Origin: Rhynchobatus australiae
Lineage: Eukaryota
DNA length: 64,000 bases
Direction of reading: 5' to 3'
NCBI GenBank assembly: GCA_034780895.1
Contig: JAUZTB010000048.1
Span: 29,460,585 to 29,524,584 of the forward strand
Both the position numbers and the translations under genes were made by a program. The notes under the pieces are model-generated. The model saw only the letters and a program-made list of their open reading frames with translations. It was not told the origin of the DNA and did no database searches. Positions 37,198 to 49,420 of the stretch are shown here, one piece after another. Numbering within the stretch: position 1 is the first letter of the stretch; each line of letters starts with the position of its first letter.

Positions 37198-38179
37198 ACC
37201 ATCAAGAAAGTAGAAGAGCTTCGAAATTGCTTTACTATCTTTTAATGGCATTAGAACAACATGGAGGGTCACGCTAACACAGATTGTAGAAGTCCCATGA
37301 AGAGCAAGATCCTTACTTGCAAGGTTCACTGAGCAGGATTGTCAGATTTCCCCACATAGTACTGTTTTGTGTTGGTTTCAGAGCTGTGTTCCCCCACTGA
37401 ATCATTGCAAGTTTGATCAGCTCATGTGACATTGCATCCAGCTTATAAGGGACATGCCAGAATACAACTGCATTCTTCCAGCTGTAGGGATATGTTGCAA
37501 CTTGATGAAGGGAGAATGTACCCAGAGGAGGCATCTTATTTATGCAAGGGGGTTAGGGAAGCTGTTCAGGAATTTGGACATATACTCTTGGCTGGAAGTT
37601 GCTGGGGAGGTCTCTGTGAGGATTAGTATAACATGCCTGCAGATTGAGTAATAGTACAACACAGTTAAAGTTCTTTGGCCACTGTGACAGATCCAGTTCA
37701 CTGAAGAAAAAGTAGATGAAGTCCCTGCTGCAGCTATGAACAGAACACTGTGAGATGTAGCAGAGATGAGCAGCAGAAGCGTGGGATGATCTTGATGCTG
37801 GGAAGTGGAGTGCAACTGTAACTCTGACCTCCATGGGTAAAGCAGTCCATGCTCATGTATAAGCCTGATTTGAGATCACAGATCTCCCTGACGACAAAGA
37901 AGGTTTGTTCTTTAAATAGAATGGTTTCAAGAAAATGGGGTTAGTAATACCTGGTTGTTCTGTGACAAAGTAAGATCTGCTGCTTTACAGACCAGTGAGA
38001 CTAAAAATCACATTGAAGGTGGACTTTGCATGTCCCATGACTGTTCCCATCATTTGGGGAAAAAGAATGATGTATGGGCAAACATTTCTCAGTGGGTTCT
38101 GGAAAGATCTGCTGGTTAAGCTGATTTTCAGCTGCGCAGCAACATTTGTTTTTGTGATTGCACAAAGAAATTTCTGGGC

Positions 38180-39005
38180 CGAAGAGTCCATAAAAGGGTA
38201 TAGGCAAGTTAAGCAAGTGGGCAGGAAGATGGTGGATGAAATATTAAGTGAAAAGTGTTTACTTATGCACCTTTGTATGAACAAAAAAAAACAGAATATA
38301 GTTTTAAAATATTGATGAACAGAGAGATCTTGGTTTGCTAACTGATGAAACACAGACGGCAATTAGCAAACGAAATGGAACGTTGGTCTTCTCTGCAAAA
38401 AGGTTGGAGTACAACAGTCAAAGTTTCTTACTGAGATTGTACAGGGCTCTGTGAGACCTTATTTGGAATAATGTGTGCAGTTGTGGTCCTTGTACCCAAG
38501 AAAGGATTTACATGCAATGGAGCCAGTGGAGCATAGATTCATTAGGTTGATTTCTGGAATTAGACAGTTGTCTTTTAAGTGAGACTAAAGAAGATTGAAC
38601 TCTGCTCTTTGGAGCTTAGAAAAATATCAGAAGTCACTGCATAGGAATTGACAGGATGGATATCAAAAGGATGGTTCATCTTGTTGGATAGTCTCAAACT
38701 TGGAGACATTGTTTTTGAAAAAGGGTCAATCATTTAGGACGGAGATGAAGAGAAATTTCTTAATGCAGACTTCTGTAAATCCTTGGAATTCTTTATCTCA
38801 GGTGGTTATTTGTGTTCAGTTGTTGAGTGTCATCAAGATTGAGAATCAATAGACTTTTGAACCAAAGGGGAATTGGGGGTATGAGAATAAGGGGATTGAG
38901 TAGGAAAGTGGACTTGAGATGCAGGATCAGACATGATCTTATTGAATGGTGGAACGGGCTCAGAAGTCAATGGCTTTCTCCTGCACCCAGTTCTTGTGTG
39001 CTAGT
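38180..39005 (+). mobile_element. CR1 LINE 3' piece (continues the 36850-37197 fragment)
   Basis: KWAGRW..KC, later RPYLE*CVQLWS and MKRNF; tail gatcagacatgatcttattgaatgg...ctcctgcacccagttcttgtg. Confidence 0.75.
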
Positions 39006-40434
39006 GTCATAAGGGGCAAAATTTGTCCCACACTCAACATCAAAAAAAACTAGTACCTGATTATGATCAGACCACTGTTTGTGGGAGCTTCCTGTGCATC
39101 AGCTGATTGCCACATTTCCTGTATTACAGCATGCTTAAACTTGTGGATATGAAAGGTGATGTACAAATGCATGTCCTTCTTATGTAAATTCAACCCACGC
39201 TAATTAAACAAATCAGAATGAGCGGGGCACCGGCTGGATTACATAACATTCAAAGCAACAAACATGGAGACATTAAATGGAAAAGGAAAAATGTTGACGG
39301 TGCAGGAGGTTAGGATTGAACTAGTTGTTTGCTGGATTGGAACACAGGAAGGCATATTAAGGCATTTATTGACATTTGGGAGGGGAATAGGGACTTGGTA
39401 ATATTTTCCTTGTGGTCTTAGCTCTCCAAGAATGGAAAGAGTTGATGCTGAAAGTAAAAGACTTCAGGCAGAAGAGAGGGAGATCGAGGTGGAGACTCAC
39501 ATACTTTTATGAATTTCCACTCAGAATACAAACAGTGCAATAACTATTCCCACTATCAGGTGCCCTCCAGTGTTTTTCTGTGTTTATTTTATAGTAGGAA
39601 GAGCTATGCTGTGTCACAGCTGGGTAATGTATTTTCTCACTGAATACAACAAGAACGGCAGCAGACCATGGAACACATTTGTTTTCGGGGTACCTGCATT
39701 CGGATAATTTAAACATTTACTGAAACATTACACAGCCCATGTGTGGGATTGGGTGGGGGACAGAGTTGGGGGGTGGTTATCAAAGGTGCCAGTGAGGTCC
39801 ACAAGGGCACCAAAATGCCCAATAATCAATCACATTAAGGGCATGTATGTATGTGTGAAATAAGTTTCTCTTTAGTCTCCAAAAGTGGCCAAATTTATTG
39901 CTTAGAAATTAGACCCATTTGTGTATGTTTTTAGATGCGATAACAATCACTTTGTACATGTTTTAAACCAATTGAACCCATTTCCAGTTGAACATTTGCT
40001 AATTGAGAAATTGCACTTGGCAGTTCTGTGCATGATTCACCTTTGCAGGGATGCCATTTCCTGGGCGTCATTCATGCATGTGATGATATGCATCAAATTG
40101 CAACATGCTAATTCTTTCATTAACAGTTCAAATTGGTGCAGAAATACAACCTACATTTTCAATTCACTGTCAACAAAGAGAGACCCCTGAATCAAATTGT
40201 CAATTACATGTAAGTTATCAGGTCTCTGCTGGAACACTGATGCCTGTTCTCTCATTGTGCCTGTTTGACTTGATACATAGGCATGATTGCAGCTCGAGGT
40301 GGGGGGAGTTGCAGTGAGGATAGTCTGACCAGACACAGTTAAGACACATGTCTAACCCCCAGCATTGTTTTCCTTTCTCTCTATGGCAGCCTTTTGTACA
40401 GTTGCTATGGCTGCCATGAAGGGTGTACTTCAAG

Positions 40435-40521
40435 GTTTGGACCTGCTTCCCATGATCCTTGGTGGCAATGATGCAGCAGCTGTGTCATTGCCACTAAAGA
40501 TCATGGGAAGCGGTTCCAAAC
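40435..40521. repeat. 87-nt near-perfect inverted repeat (43-bp arms)
   Basis: Left arm gtttggacctgcttcccatgatccttggtggcaatgatgcagc; reverse complement of right arm gtttggaaccgcttcccatgatctttagtggcaatgacacagc; 37/43 identical. Confidence 0.9.
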
Positions 40522-40726
40522 ATCTGCTGTTGGAAAATGTGCACTTCATAAATTAGAGCAATAGAGAGTAGTGGGGAAACATACTCACAACTTTTTTTAT
40601 AAATAAAGTCAGATTTTGCCAATTCAGCCTGTTTTCCTGTGTGGGCCCCCCGATTCAGCATTAGGACTACACACAGCAGCAATTTAGGGTGCCCAAAGAG
40701 GGTGCGTTCTACGCCACGACACTTAC

Positions 40727-40863
40727 TGGGCTCATCCAGCTCAACGCCAACAAAGACTGCATTGGCCATTCCCGAACTGTCTAAATGGCCAATGTAGCGA
40801 GCAGTGCCTGACTTGTTGCCGTTTACAATCACGTAATCGTTTACATTGATGGGAAGTTTCTGC
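40727..40863 (-). CDS. Exon encoding the N-terminal half of a CAP-Gly domain (QKLPINVNDYVIVNGNKSGTARYIGHLDSSGMANAVFVGVELDEP)
   Basis: Matches the CAP-Gly consensus (D.V.V...k.GtvRyiG...vGVELDeP). Strong acceptor ttttcttctggtcctcccacag and donor A|gtaagt; 137 nt. Confidence 0.85.
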
Positions 40864-41064
40864 CTGTGGGAGGACCAGAAGAAAAGGTTAAACCATGGTG
40901 CAGTATACCATTCATTAGGACCTTTCTTAAGAATAAACATGTCACGGCAAGAGAAAACCAGGAGCAGATCTGATCACTTTACCCCCCCACCTCAAGCCTT
41001 TTAGCTAAATTCAGGAATTTATTCGATCTTTGAATACTTCTGGACAAACACACACATGCCCATC

Positions 41065-41272
41065 AAATTACCCTTAATTCTTTTTGCCATTAAACCTACA
41101 CTGAGAGGCATTTAACAGTAGCCAATTCACCTACCAGCACATGGTTGTGATGTGGGAGGAAACAGCAGAAAACATGCAAACTCTGCACAGATAGCACCGG
41201 ACGTCAGGCTCGAACCTAGGACACTGGACCTATGACGCAGCAGCAATAACTGCTGTACCACTTTGCCACTCC
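41065..41272 (-). mobile_element. V-SINE (HE1-related)
   Basis: gccaattcacctacc...tgtgggaggaaacag...tgcaaactctgcacagatagcaccggacgtcaggctcgaacc. Confidence 0.7.
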
Positions 41273-41324
41273 ATGAATCGGCATTAGAAGATACTTATTC
41301 ACCAGGTGGAATTACTACCTTTAC

Positions 41325-41479
41325 CTCTTTAAGTTGCCTGAGCAAGCACTGAAAATGTTACTTTCAGCACTACTCCAGCAATCCTTGTGAAAGATTCATT
41401 GATTTGTCACCCCATGATTTACACAGGTCGTCACTATCATGTCTGTGACACAGGGCCTGGGTATTCACTGACTCTGTGC
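41325..41479 (-). pseudogene. Candidate exon upstream of the CAP-Gly exon, with a 1-nt frameshift (or a shorter 41325-41383 version)
   Basis: Donor AG|gtaaag in phase 2 matches the CAP-Gly exon. The 155-nt length is one base too long for phase 1 to phase 2; removing one T at 41390-41392 gives TESVNTQALCHRHDSDDLCKSWGDKSMNLHKDCWSSAESNIFSACSGNLKR. Confidence 0.4.
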
Positions 41480-41502
41480 CTATTTTACAGGAGTGAAACA
41501 GG

Positions 41503-41790
41503 AATAGAATCATAGAGCAGAACAGCACAGAAACAGGCCCTTCTGCCCATCTTGTCCATGCTGACCATGATGCCCATCTACGCTAATCCCATTTGTCTGC
41601 ATTAGGCCCCAATCCCTCTACTTTTCTCCCCATCCAGATACCCATCCAAATATCTCCCAAACATTGTAGTCATATCTACCCCTAGCACCTCCTCTGGCAT
41701 CTCGTTCCAGACATTCATCTCCCTCTGTGTGAAAAACTTGCCCCTCAGGTCCCCTTTAAACTTCTCCCCTCTCACCTTAAACCTATTTGA
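41503..41790 (-). mobile_element. CR1/HER1 LINE 3' end
   Basis: ORF text RFKVRGEKFKGDLRGKFFTQREMNVWNEMPEEV; tail atagaatcatagagcagaacagcacagaaacaggccc. Confidence 0.9.
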
Positions 41791-42029
41791 GCTCAATACA
41801 ACCCAGAAGTGTTCAATATAAACAAGCAAATATGAGGAAGATTTTTCTAGGCCAAAGGATGGTTGGACTTTGGAACGTGTTGCCTGAGATGGTGGAGGCA
41901 GGTACTCTCACAACAGTTAAGTAATATCCACACAAGTACTTCAATTGTCAAGCCAAAGGCGGCTGGTATAGGAGCATACTAGATGGTCATGTTCCGAGTA
42001 CGCAAATCTTTCCTCTTTTTTGGTCTTAA

Positions 42030-42895
42030 GTGACCGACTGTTATTTTCCAGACTGACCCCTAATTCTGGTCTCCTTAGGGAGCCTGGGGAAGCACTCTCC
42101 TTGCACCTACCCTGTTCAGCCATTCAAATAATTTGCAGGTCTCAAAGTGGTCACTTCTCATTCTTTCAAACCTAGCCTAGTCAATCTCTCCTCATGTGAT
42201 AGACTCACCCTCCCAGGAACAAGTCTTTGCTGCTCTCCCCCTATAACACCCAGAGGAAAGGGTCAAAATCATCCACAATACTCCAGGTACACTCCAACCA
42301 ATGTCCCACGCAAGACACCCCGGCACCCACACTCAGTCCTCTTGCAATAAAAGCCAACATGCCATTCACCTTCCTACTGGGCAGCTGCATCTGCATTTTT
42401 GCTTTCCATGATTTCCGCACAAGGATACCCTCTGAACAACATTTCCTCATCTCACCATTTCAAAGAATACTCCGCATCTGCAATTTTTCAGCTGAAGCGG
42501 ATGACTTCACATTTGGCCACTCTGTGCACCATCTGCTATGTCGTTGTCGTCACACTCCACTTGTCTATATTCCTTTGAAGCCCACTTGTATCCTCAGTTT
42601 GGTATTATCAAGAAGTTTGGACCCCTCAGCTAAATGGTTGATATAGATTATGAATAGTTAGGGACCCTACACCAATCCCTGCGATCCCCCCCATTAGTCA
42701 CAGCCTACTAACCTGAGAAGAATCTCAGGTATTTGTGGACCAAGTAGACATCCTGGGGGAGGTGGGCCATATGACTCTTAGACTCTAATCTGTTTATTTC
42801 CATATGTTAATCAACTCTCAATCTATGCCAGTCTATTACCCTGACTTTCATGTGACTTCGTCTTATTTAGCAACCCCCCCCTATGGACTCTGATC
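42030..42895 (-). mobile_element. CR1 LINE RT fragment
   Basis: KVNGMLAFIARG..LECTWSIV; reverse of SQ*AVT.G.QGLV.GP and QSP*GGLLNK. Confidence 0.7.
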
Positions 42896-43631
42896 NNNNN
42901 NNNNNNNNNNNNNNNNNNNNNNNNNNNNNNNNNNNNNNNNNNNNNNNNNNNNNNNNNNNNNNNNNNNNNNNNNNNNNNNNNNNNNNNNNNNNNNNGGGCT
43001 AAATACAGCATAAATTTAGCATACAAAAAATAGGTGAATTCCAGTTTCTCGAAATATATCTCTGTGAATGCTGATTTCATTATGGTTGAGTAATTATTAA
43101 TGCCAAAGCTTAAAATTGTAATAAAGACAAAATACACTATTTCATTATGTGTTAAACCTTTTTAGAGTGCAAGGTATGGAAATATCCAAAGGTACTGATA
43201 GAATAATAAATTATAAGGCCCCAATTTAAACAGGAGTGTAAAAATGGAGCTGTTGATGCCTGGCAATTTTCTGCAGGATATCCATATGAATGGGTTTCCA
43301 TCATTTATGCCGGCATTCACTGATTAATGGTGCTTGTCAATTCAATGGCTAATGGTAAAAGGAGCATCCAAGAATGTTCCTCTTAGTTAAGGTCGAGCCC
43401 AGCACAAGTGTGCCAAAGACAAGGCTAAAGATCTTGCAACCACCTTTAGCCAGGAGAGCTGAATGGATGACACAGTCTTAGTTTCCTTCTGAGGACTCTT
43501 CCAATACAGAAACCAATCTTGAGCCAATTTGATTAATTCCATGTGGTATCAAAAAATAGTGAAGAACACTGGATACAGCTAAGGTTATAGAATTACACAA
43601 CATCCCAGCTCTACTACTGAAGACTTGTGCT

Positions 43632-44058
43632 CAGAATCAAAATCAGAATCAGGTTTATTATCACTGACATATGTCATTAAATTTGTTGTTTTGTGGTGGC
43701 AATACAGTGCAAGACATAAAGACATTAACATTACTATAAGTTACATAAATAAATAAATAATGCAGAAGGGGAATAAAGAGGTAGTGTTCATGGGTTCATG
43801 GACCGTTCAGAAATCTGATGGTGGAGGGGAAGAAGCTGTTCCTGAAACATTGACTGTGGGTCTTCAGGCTCCTGCACCCCCTCCTCGATGGTAGTAAAGT
43901 GAAGAAGGCATGTCCCGGGTGGTGAGGGTCCTTAGTGATGGGTGCTGCCTTCTTGAGGCACTGCCTCTTGAAGATGTCCTCGATGGTGGGGAGGGTTGTG
44001 CCCATGATGGAGCTGGCTGAGTCTACTACTTTCTGCAGCCTTTTTCAATCCTGCACAT
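43632..44058 (-). mobile_element. Rex1/Babar LINE 3' end
   Basis: MGTTLPTIEDIFKRQCLKKAAPITKDPHHPGHAFFTLLPSRRGCRSLKTHSQCFRNSFFPSTIRFLN; (TTCTGA)n tail. Confidence 0.9.
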
Positions 44059-44129
44059 GATACAAATCTGAAGAACTTTGCAGAACTAGCCATGCTTCCA
44101 GTCAAGCAGTTACCTGTGGCAAATGATTC

Positions 44130-44655
44130 AGGTGCTGGTTCTCTAAAGCCTTTCACCATAGGCACAGATCAAAAGTATGATGGAATATTTGTCACTTGCA
44201 TGATGAGTTCAGCTTGAACAAAATTCAATAGGCTTCCAGGACAAAACAGCTTCCTGGATTGATGTCCCATACACCTTTAAATATTCACTTCGTCTGGCCC
44301 TCATGCACTTGCTGCAGGGTGTACCATCCAGAATAAGCACTGCAATCACTTGCCAACACTTCTTCAACAAAACCTCCCAAACCTGCAACATCTCCTGCCA
44401 AGAAAGAAATAACCAGTCGGTGCAGGGGAAGCTTACCACTCCTCACACAGCGAGTCCTGTGGATTCCTGATTTGGAATTTAATCAGTTTCTTCACCAACA
44501 CTTGCTATAAATCCTAGAACTTCCTGCCCAGAAACAACATGGGAGTCCTTCAACAGAATAATTCCAGCAATTCAAGCAGGTGGCTCACCACCACCTTCTT
44601 GAGAACGGGTTAGCATAAGTAACAAAAGCTGGCTGTGCCAGCAATGTTTTCATCA
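44130..44655 (+). mobile_element. Old CR1/L2-group LINE 3' end
   Basis: atgatggaatatttgtcacttgc...ttcaagcaggtggctcaccaccaccttcttgag...gctggctgtgccagcaatg. Confidence 0.65.
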
Positions 44656-44684
44656 CATAAGGGAATTATTAAAAAGAAGATTAC

Positions 44685-44758
44685 CATTTTCGGTCTCATA
44701 TTCCTGACTGTAGACACTCAGATTCGGGTTGTCTGAGAGGTAGTTCTTTTGAGTCAGT
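44685..44758 (-). CDS. Candidate 74-nt exon LTQKNYLSDNPNLSVYSQEYETEN of the CAP-Gly gene
   Basis: Very strong acceptor ctcctctttttttccttgtcag, donor ATG|gtaatc, one fully open frame (phase 2 to phase 1). Confidence 0.55.
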
Positions 44759-46144
44759 CTGACAAGGAAAAAAAGAGGAGGGAGGCAAATATCATGGTGA
44801 CCATTGTGAGCCATTGTGGGAGAGCTTGTATGCTGAGGAGATTTTGATGGGGACAAGGTGATTGCAACCTGTGGGTCATCAGGAAGTTGTTAGCTTTCAC
44901 TTAGTGTTCAATAGTTTTATATGGGAGCAATGGGGAAAAGCACTCTTGTTTGTCCTGATTCACAAGCCATGCTTGAAAAGCACTTTTATGTTTCACGTAT
45001 CATTCCTCATCTTTGTTTAACTGCTGGATTTCTCAAACCCAGGAAAGCTGGCCAATGATAACACTGGATCAGAGTATAAAAGAGGCAAACAGCCAGGTTA
45101 AAATATTTAAATGAGTGATCTGCCTCCTGAGAGCAAGTTGGCTGCAAGCATCCAGTCAATGAAAATGTGAAGTGGGAGAGTTTGAGATAGATTGGATTTG
45201 AGATTTTATCCACCTTCTTGAAAAAAAAAGTAACAAAAAATGTAGCTGCTAAGTCAATAACATTGGTGGCAAATTAATTTCATAAATGGTCAATGCTGTA
45301 ACTAGAAATAAGGGACCAAATGAAGCATAGTTTCATTTAGCTTCATATAGTTTCATAAATGAATTTACAGATTTCTGTACCAGCTTACATTTTTAATATT
45401 TTCAAGTTTCTGTGCAATACCAATTTCAGCTTTACAGATGTAAGAGAAACCAATTTGCAGCAATATTTTTGGAACATATTTATCAACTACTTTTAAAGAC
45501 AATCTTTTGAAATTGTCTAGTTTCCGTGAAAAATAACAGGATCAAAGATTTCCAGAAATGATCTATTAATTGTGACTTGTAACAGATTATTGCCTTAGTA
45601 TCAAAATTGCTATATGTTGTCATTGGAGAGTTATCATTGATACCTCATCGAATCTTGCTATGGAGATCACAATCTTATTGTCCGGGGATTTTAATTTGCA
45701 AGCATTATTTGGAACATTCTGTAATATTAGTTTATTAAGTTACAGTTTATTTTATTGGATTGGTAATGGTACAAACAACAAAGCAATTTTGTTCACCAGA
45801 TAGTCCGTAATCATAGCTATTAATTTCTTCAGGTCAACCCTCTAATTTCATCTCATTCCATGGAAGTTCACAATTGTATTAACAGAGATGAAGAAAAGAG
45901 AGAAGTTATTAGCACGACGAGTTTAGTTTCTTGACTCCAGAAATTACAAAATAGTAATTAATCTGTGGCTANNNNNNNNNNNNTGTTGTCAAAGTTCATC
46001 GGGCTTTGTTTGATATCTATTCTGCAATGAACCAGAATATCTCTACATGCTGTACATGTCCCCTTTAGTGTGTGGCAGAAAACATATCCTTAGTCATAAA
46101 GTTCACATTAACAATGACATTGTTAGATAAATCAAGATTGCACA

Positions 46145-46478
46145 TTGATTTTTCCCAGAGAAGGGGAGTCTAAAACTAGACGGCATAGGATTAAAGTTAG
46201 AAGGGAAGTATTTAAAAGGGACCTGAGGGACAACTTTTTCACACAGAGGGTGGTGGGTATGCAAAACGAGCTGCCAGAGGAAGTGATAGAGGCAGGTACA
46301 AGTACAATGTTTAAAAGACATTTGGACAGATACATAGATAGAAAAGGTTTAGAGGGATATGGAGCAAACATAGGTAAATGGGACTACCTCAGGTAGGCAA
46401 CTCGGTTGGTATGGACAGGTTGGGCCGAAGGGCCTGTTTCAATGCTTTATGGCTCTTTGATTTGATGACTCTATGACA
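46145..46478 (+). mobile_element. CR1/HER1 LINE 3' end
   Basis: FPREGESKTRRHRIKVRREVFKRDLRDNFFTQRVVGMQNELPEEV; tail ttgggccgaagggcctgtttc. Confidence 0.9.
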
Positions 46479-46519
46479 TGACAAAACACCTTAAATGATC
46501 AGAAAGAAAGAAGAGCCAT

Positions 46520-46820
46520 TTTTGATGATTTTGCATTTTGATGATTTTGTAACTTTGCAAGATGTCCCAAAGTGCTTAAAATTCAAGGAATTACTTTTGA
46601 AATATATAGTCACTGTCATAATACAGGCAACACAGTAACCAATTTGCATGAAGCAGTCCACTGCAAACAGCAATATAACAATGTGCAGATGATCTATATT
46701 TGTAACTTTGATTGAGGAATAAACACTGTCCATAATATCAAGAATAAGCCTGTGTCCTAAGAAATGCTGACATGAGATCTTGCACATTCATCTAAGAATG
46801 TAAACTAGGCCTTCATTTAC
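46520..46820 (-). mobile_element. DeuSINE 3' half
   Basis: gatgtcccaaagtgctt...tacttttgaaatatatagtcactg...ttgattgaggaataaacactgtcc...catgagatcttgcacattcatct. Confidence 0.6.
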
Positions 46821-47046
46821 TGACTTCTGTGGTTTTGAAAAGGTAGTTTTTTAACATTTTCTTTGAAGAAAGGGTAAAACCAATGTAAAATAACATTTGA
46901 GAGGAAATTGAAAAGGACTGTGAAATAGTAGGGAAAGAAATAGAACAGTGGGCAGAGCAATTTTACTATTTTTAGTTCTAACTAAATTTAAAATGTTTTG
47001 GTCAGATGTGGCTTTAACAAGGCTAATCTCAGTCTTGCTGTAACGT

Positions 47047-47345
47047 TAAGATATTTATTAGTCACATGTATATCAAAATGCATAGTGAAATGCATCTTTT
47101 TGTGTTACTGAGAATGTGCTGGGGCAGCCTGCAAGTGTTGCCACTCTTCCGGTGCCAACATAGCATTTCCACAGCTCCTAACCTGTACGTCTTTGGAATG
47201 TGGGAGGAAACAGGAGCACCCGGAGGAAACCCACACAGTCACAGGGAGAACATACAAACTCCTGATAGACAGTGGCCAGAATTGAACCTGGGTCACTGGC
47301 GTTGCAATAGCCTTATGCTAACTGCTACACTACCATGCTTGACAT
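47047..47345 (-). mobile_element. tRNA-derived V-SINE, same family as 23026-23314
   Basis: Collinear with the 23026 copy over its whole length. Confidence 0.85.
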
Positions 47346-47859
47346 GATATGTTCATGTTATGATTAATATGTCATGGTTCTGAGTTCTGGCCCTCAATTT
47401 GGCTCCCTTAATGCCTTGTTGTCCAGCACATGGATTNNNNNNNNNNNNNNNNNNNNNNNNNNNNNNNNNNNNNNNNNNNNNNNNNNNNNNNNNNNNNNNN
47501 NNNNNNNNNNNNNNNNNNNNNNNNNNNNNNNNNNNNNNNNNNNNNNNNNNNNNNNNNNNNNNNNNNNNNNNNNNNNNNNNNNNNNNNNNNNNNNNNNNNN
47601 NNNNNNNNNNNNNNNNNNNNNNNNNNNNNNNNNNNNNNNNNNNNNNNNNNNNNNNNNNNNNNNNNNNNNNNNNNNNNNNNNNNNNNNNNNNNNNNNNNNN
47701 NNNNNNNNNNNNNNNNNNNNNNNNNNNNNNNNNNNNNNNNNNNNNNNNNNNNNNNNNNNNNNNNNNNNNNNNNNNNATCTCATTGTTTCAAAGACAATTA
47801 CGAGCCTTTGCCTCACCTCCCCTGGGCAGCACAGTAACAAAACTAATAGAACTGCTGTC

Positions 47860-48150
47860 TTAGACCTGACCTCCAAACCTGTCCCTGTGGAGTTTGCACA
47901 TTCTCCCTGCGATCATGTGGGTACCTTCTGTGTACTCTGGTTTCCTCCCACATTCCAAAGACCTGTGGGTAGGTTATTTGGCTGCTGTATATTACCACTA
48001 GTGAATAGGTGATGATAGAATCTGGGAGAGTAAATGGAAATGTGGAGTGATAAAATAGGATTACAATAGGATCAGTGAAAATAAGTGCTTAATGGTTGAT
48101 GTGAACTTTCTGGGTCAGAGGGCCTGTTTCTGTGCAATATGACTCAGTAA
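47860..48150 (+). mobile_element. HE1-type V-SINE with CR1 tail
   Basis: gtggagtttgcacattctccc...gtttcctcccacattccaaagac...agggcctgtttctgtgc. Confidence 0.75.
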
Positions 48151-48212
48151 CTTGCCTGAAAGGCAGCATCCCTGACAGTGGATTGCTCCCTCAGTACTAC
48201 ACTGAAATATCA

Positions 48213-48354
48213 GGGAAACAAAGGACTGCAAGCAGACAGTCAAAGTTTTAGGTCAGTCCTGAATAAGGATCCTGATTTGAAACATTGACCGTCTGCTTTT
48301 CTCCACAGATGCTACCTGACCGGCTAAGTTCCTCCAGCGTCTTGTTGTTTTTTC
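48213..48354. mobile_element. Short Penelope terminal-repeat derivative inserted into a DeuSINE
   Basis: Two oppositely oriented terminal-repeat pieces, flanked by acactgaaatatca / acactgaagtatta. Confidence 0.65.
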
Positions 48355-48877
48355 ACACTGAAGTATTATGATAGATTTTAGTGCTCAATTCTCTGGAGTG
48401 GGACCTAAAGATACAACCCCCTGTTTAAGAGGCAAGAGGGTGACCAACTGAACCAGACCTACTGTTGGAACAACAGTCAATCTTCGAAACACCTCAGAAC
48501 AAATGGGAACTGGTCAATATATAACCACAGGCTGTCATTGCTCTTTGCAGGAGCATTGCTCTTTTCCACCTTCTTCTGTCCAATTTTAAAAACATTGTTA
48601 AGTCTGTCAATCAATTCTGCTTTATTGCACAAGATCAGTTTCCCACATTCGAGCTTTTAGTCTCCTATTTCTCTCCCACTGCCCTCAGCTCCTTTCCTTC
48701 TCACCTCCACCACATCTGTTAAATATGTAGTGTGGTTAAGGATAAAGTATCGTCACTATCCATGTAGGAAGCAGAAAACCCTGGATGCCATGAACATCAT
48801 CATTCTGTCAAAATTACAAACAGCAACCTACATAAAGGTAAATTATGAAAAATATGATGTATAAATAAGTTCAAATA

Positions 48878-49420
48878 CATCTGGCACTTTCCCCTACAGT
48901 TATAGGAGGTGCAACACTTGTTCCTTCACCTCGTTTCTCACTACCATCAACAGACCCAAACAGCCCTTTCAGGTGAGGTAAATATTCATGTCTACCTCCT
49001 CCAACTTTGTCAACTGCTTTTGATGCTCCCAATGTGGTCTCCTCTACCTCGGTGAGACCAAGCGCAGACGAGGTGACTGGTTTGCAGAGCACCTGTGCTC
49101 TGTCCACAATGGCCATCCTGATCTCTTGGTTACATGCCATTTCAACTCCCCTTCCCATTCCCACACCAACCTGTCCATCCTCAGCCTTTTCCACTGCTCA
49201 GCTGAGGCAAAACTCAAAATATAAGAAGAACAAATCATACTCGTCTGTGTAGTCTACATCCCAATGGTGTGAACATTGAATTTTCCAATGTTAGGTAAGC
49301 CTTACCTCCTGTGTTTCATTCTCACTCTTCTACCACCCCCCCCCACCCCATCTTCTAATCCAACTGTGGTCCTCCCATTTTTGTTCCTTTTCCCATATCC
49401 CCCCCCCCTCCATCACCCAT
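48878..49420 (+). mobile_element. Penelope-like element GIY-YIG endonuclease fragment
   Basis: CNTCSF..PKQPFQVR..CSQCGLLYLGETKRRRGDWFAEHLCSV..HFNSPSHSH. Confidence 0.85.

Noticed and set aside
43025-43109. Possible phase 2-2 exon FGINNYSTIMKSAFTEIYFEKLEFTYF upstream of the CAP-Gly exon
   Set aside because: Weak donor, very AT-rich, and phase incompatible with the stronger 44685 exon; not excluded but unsupported.
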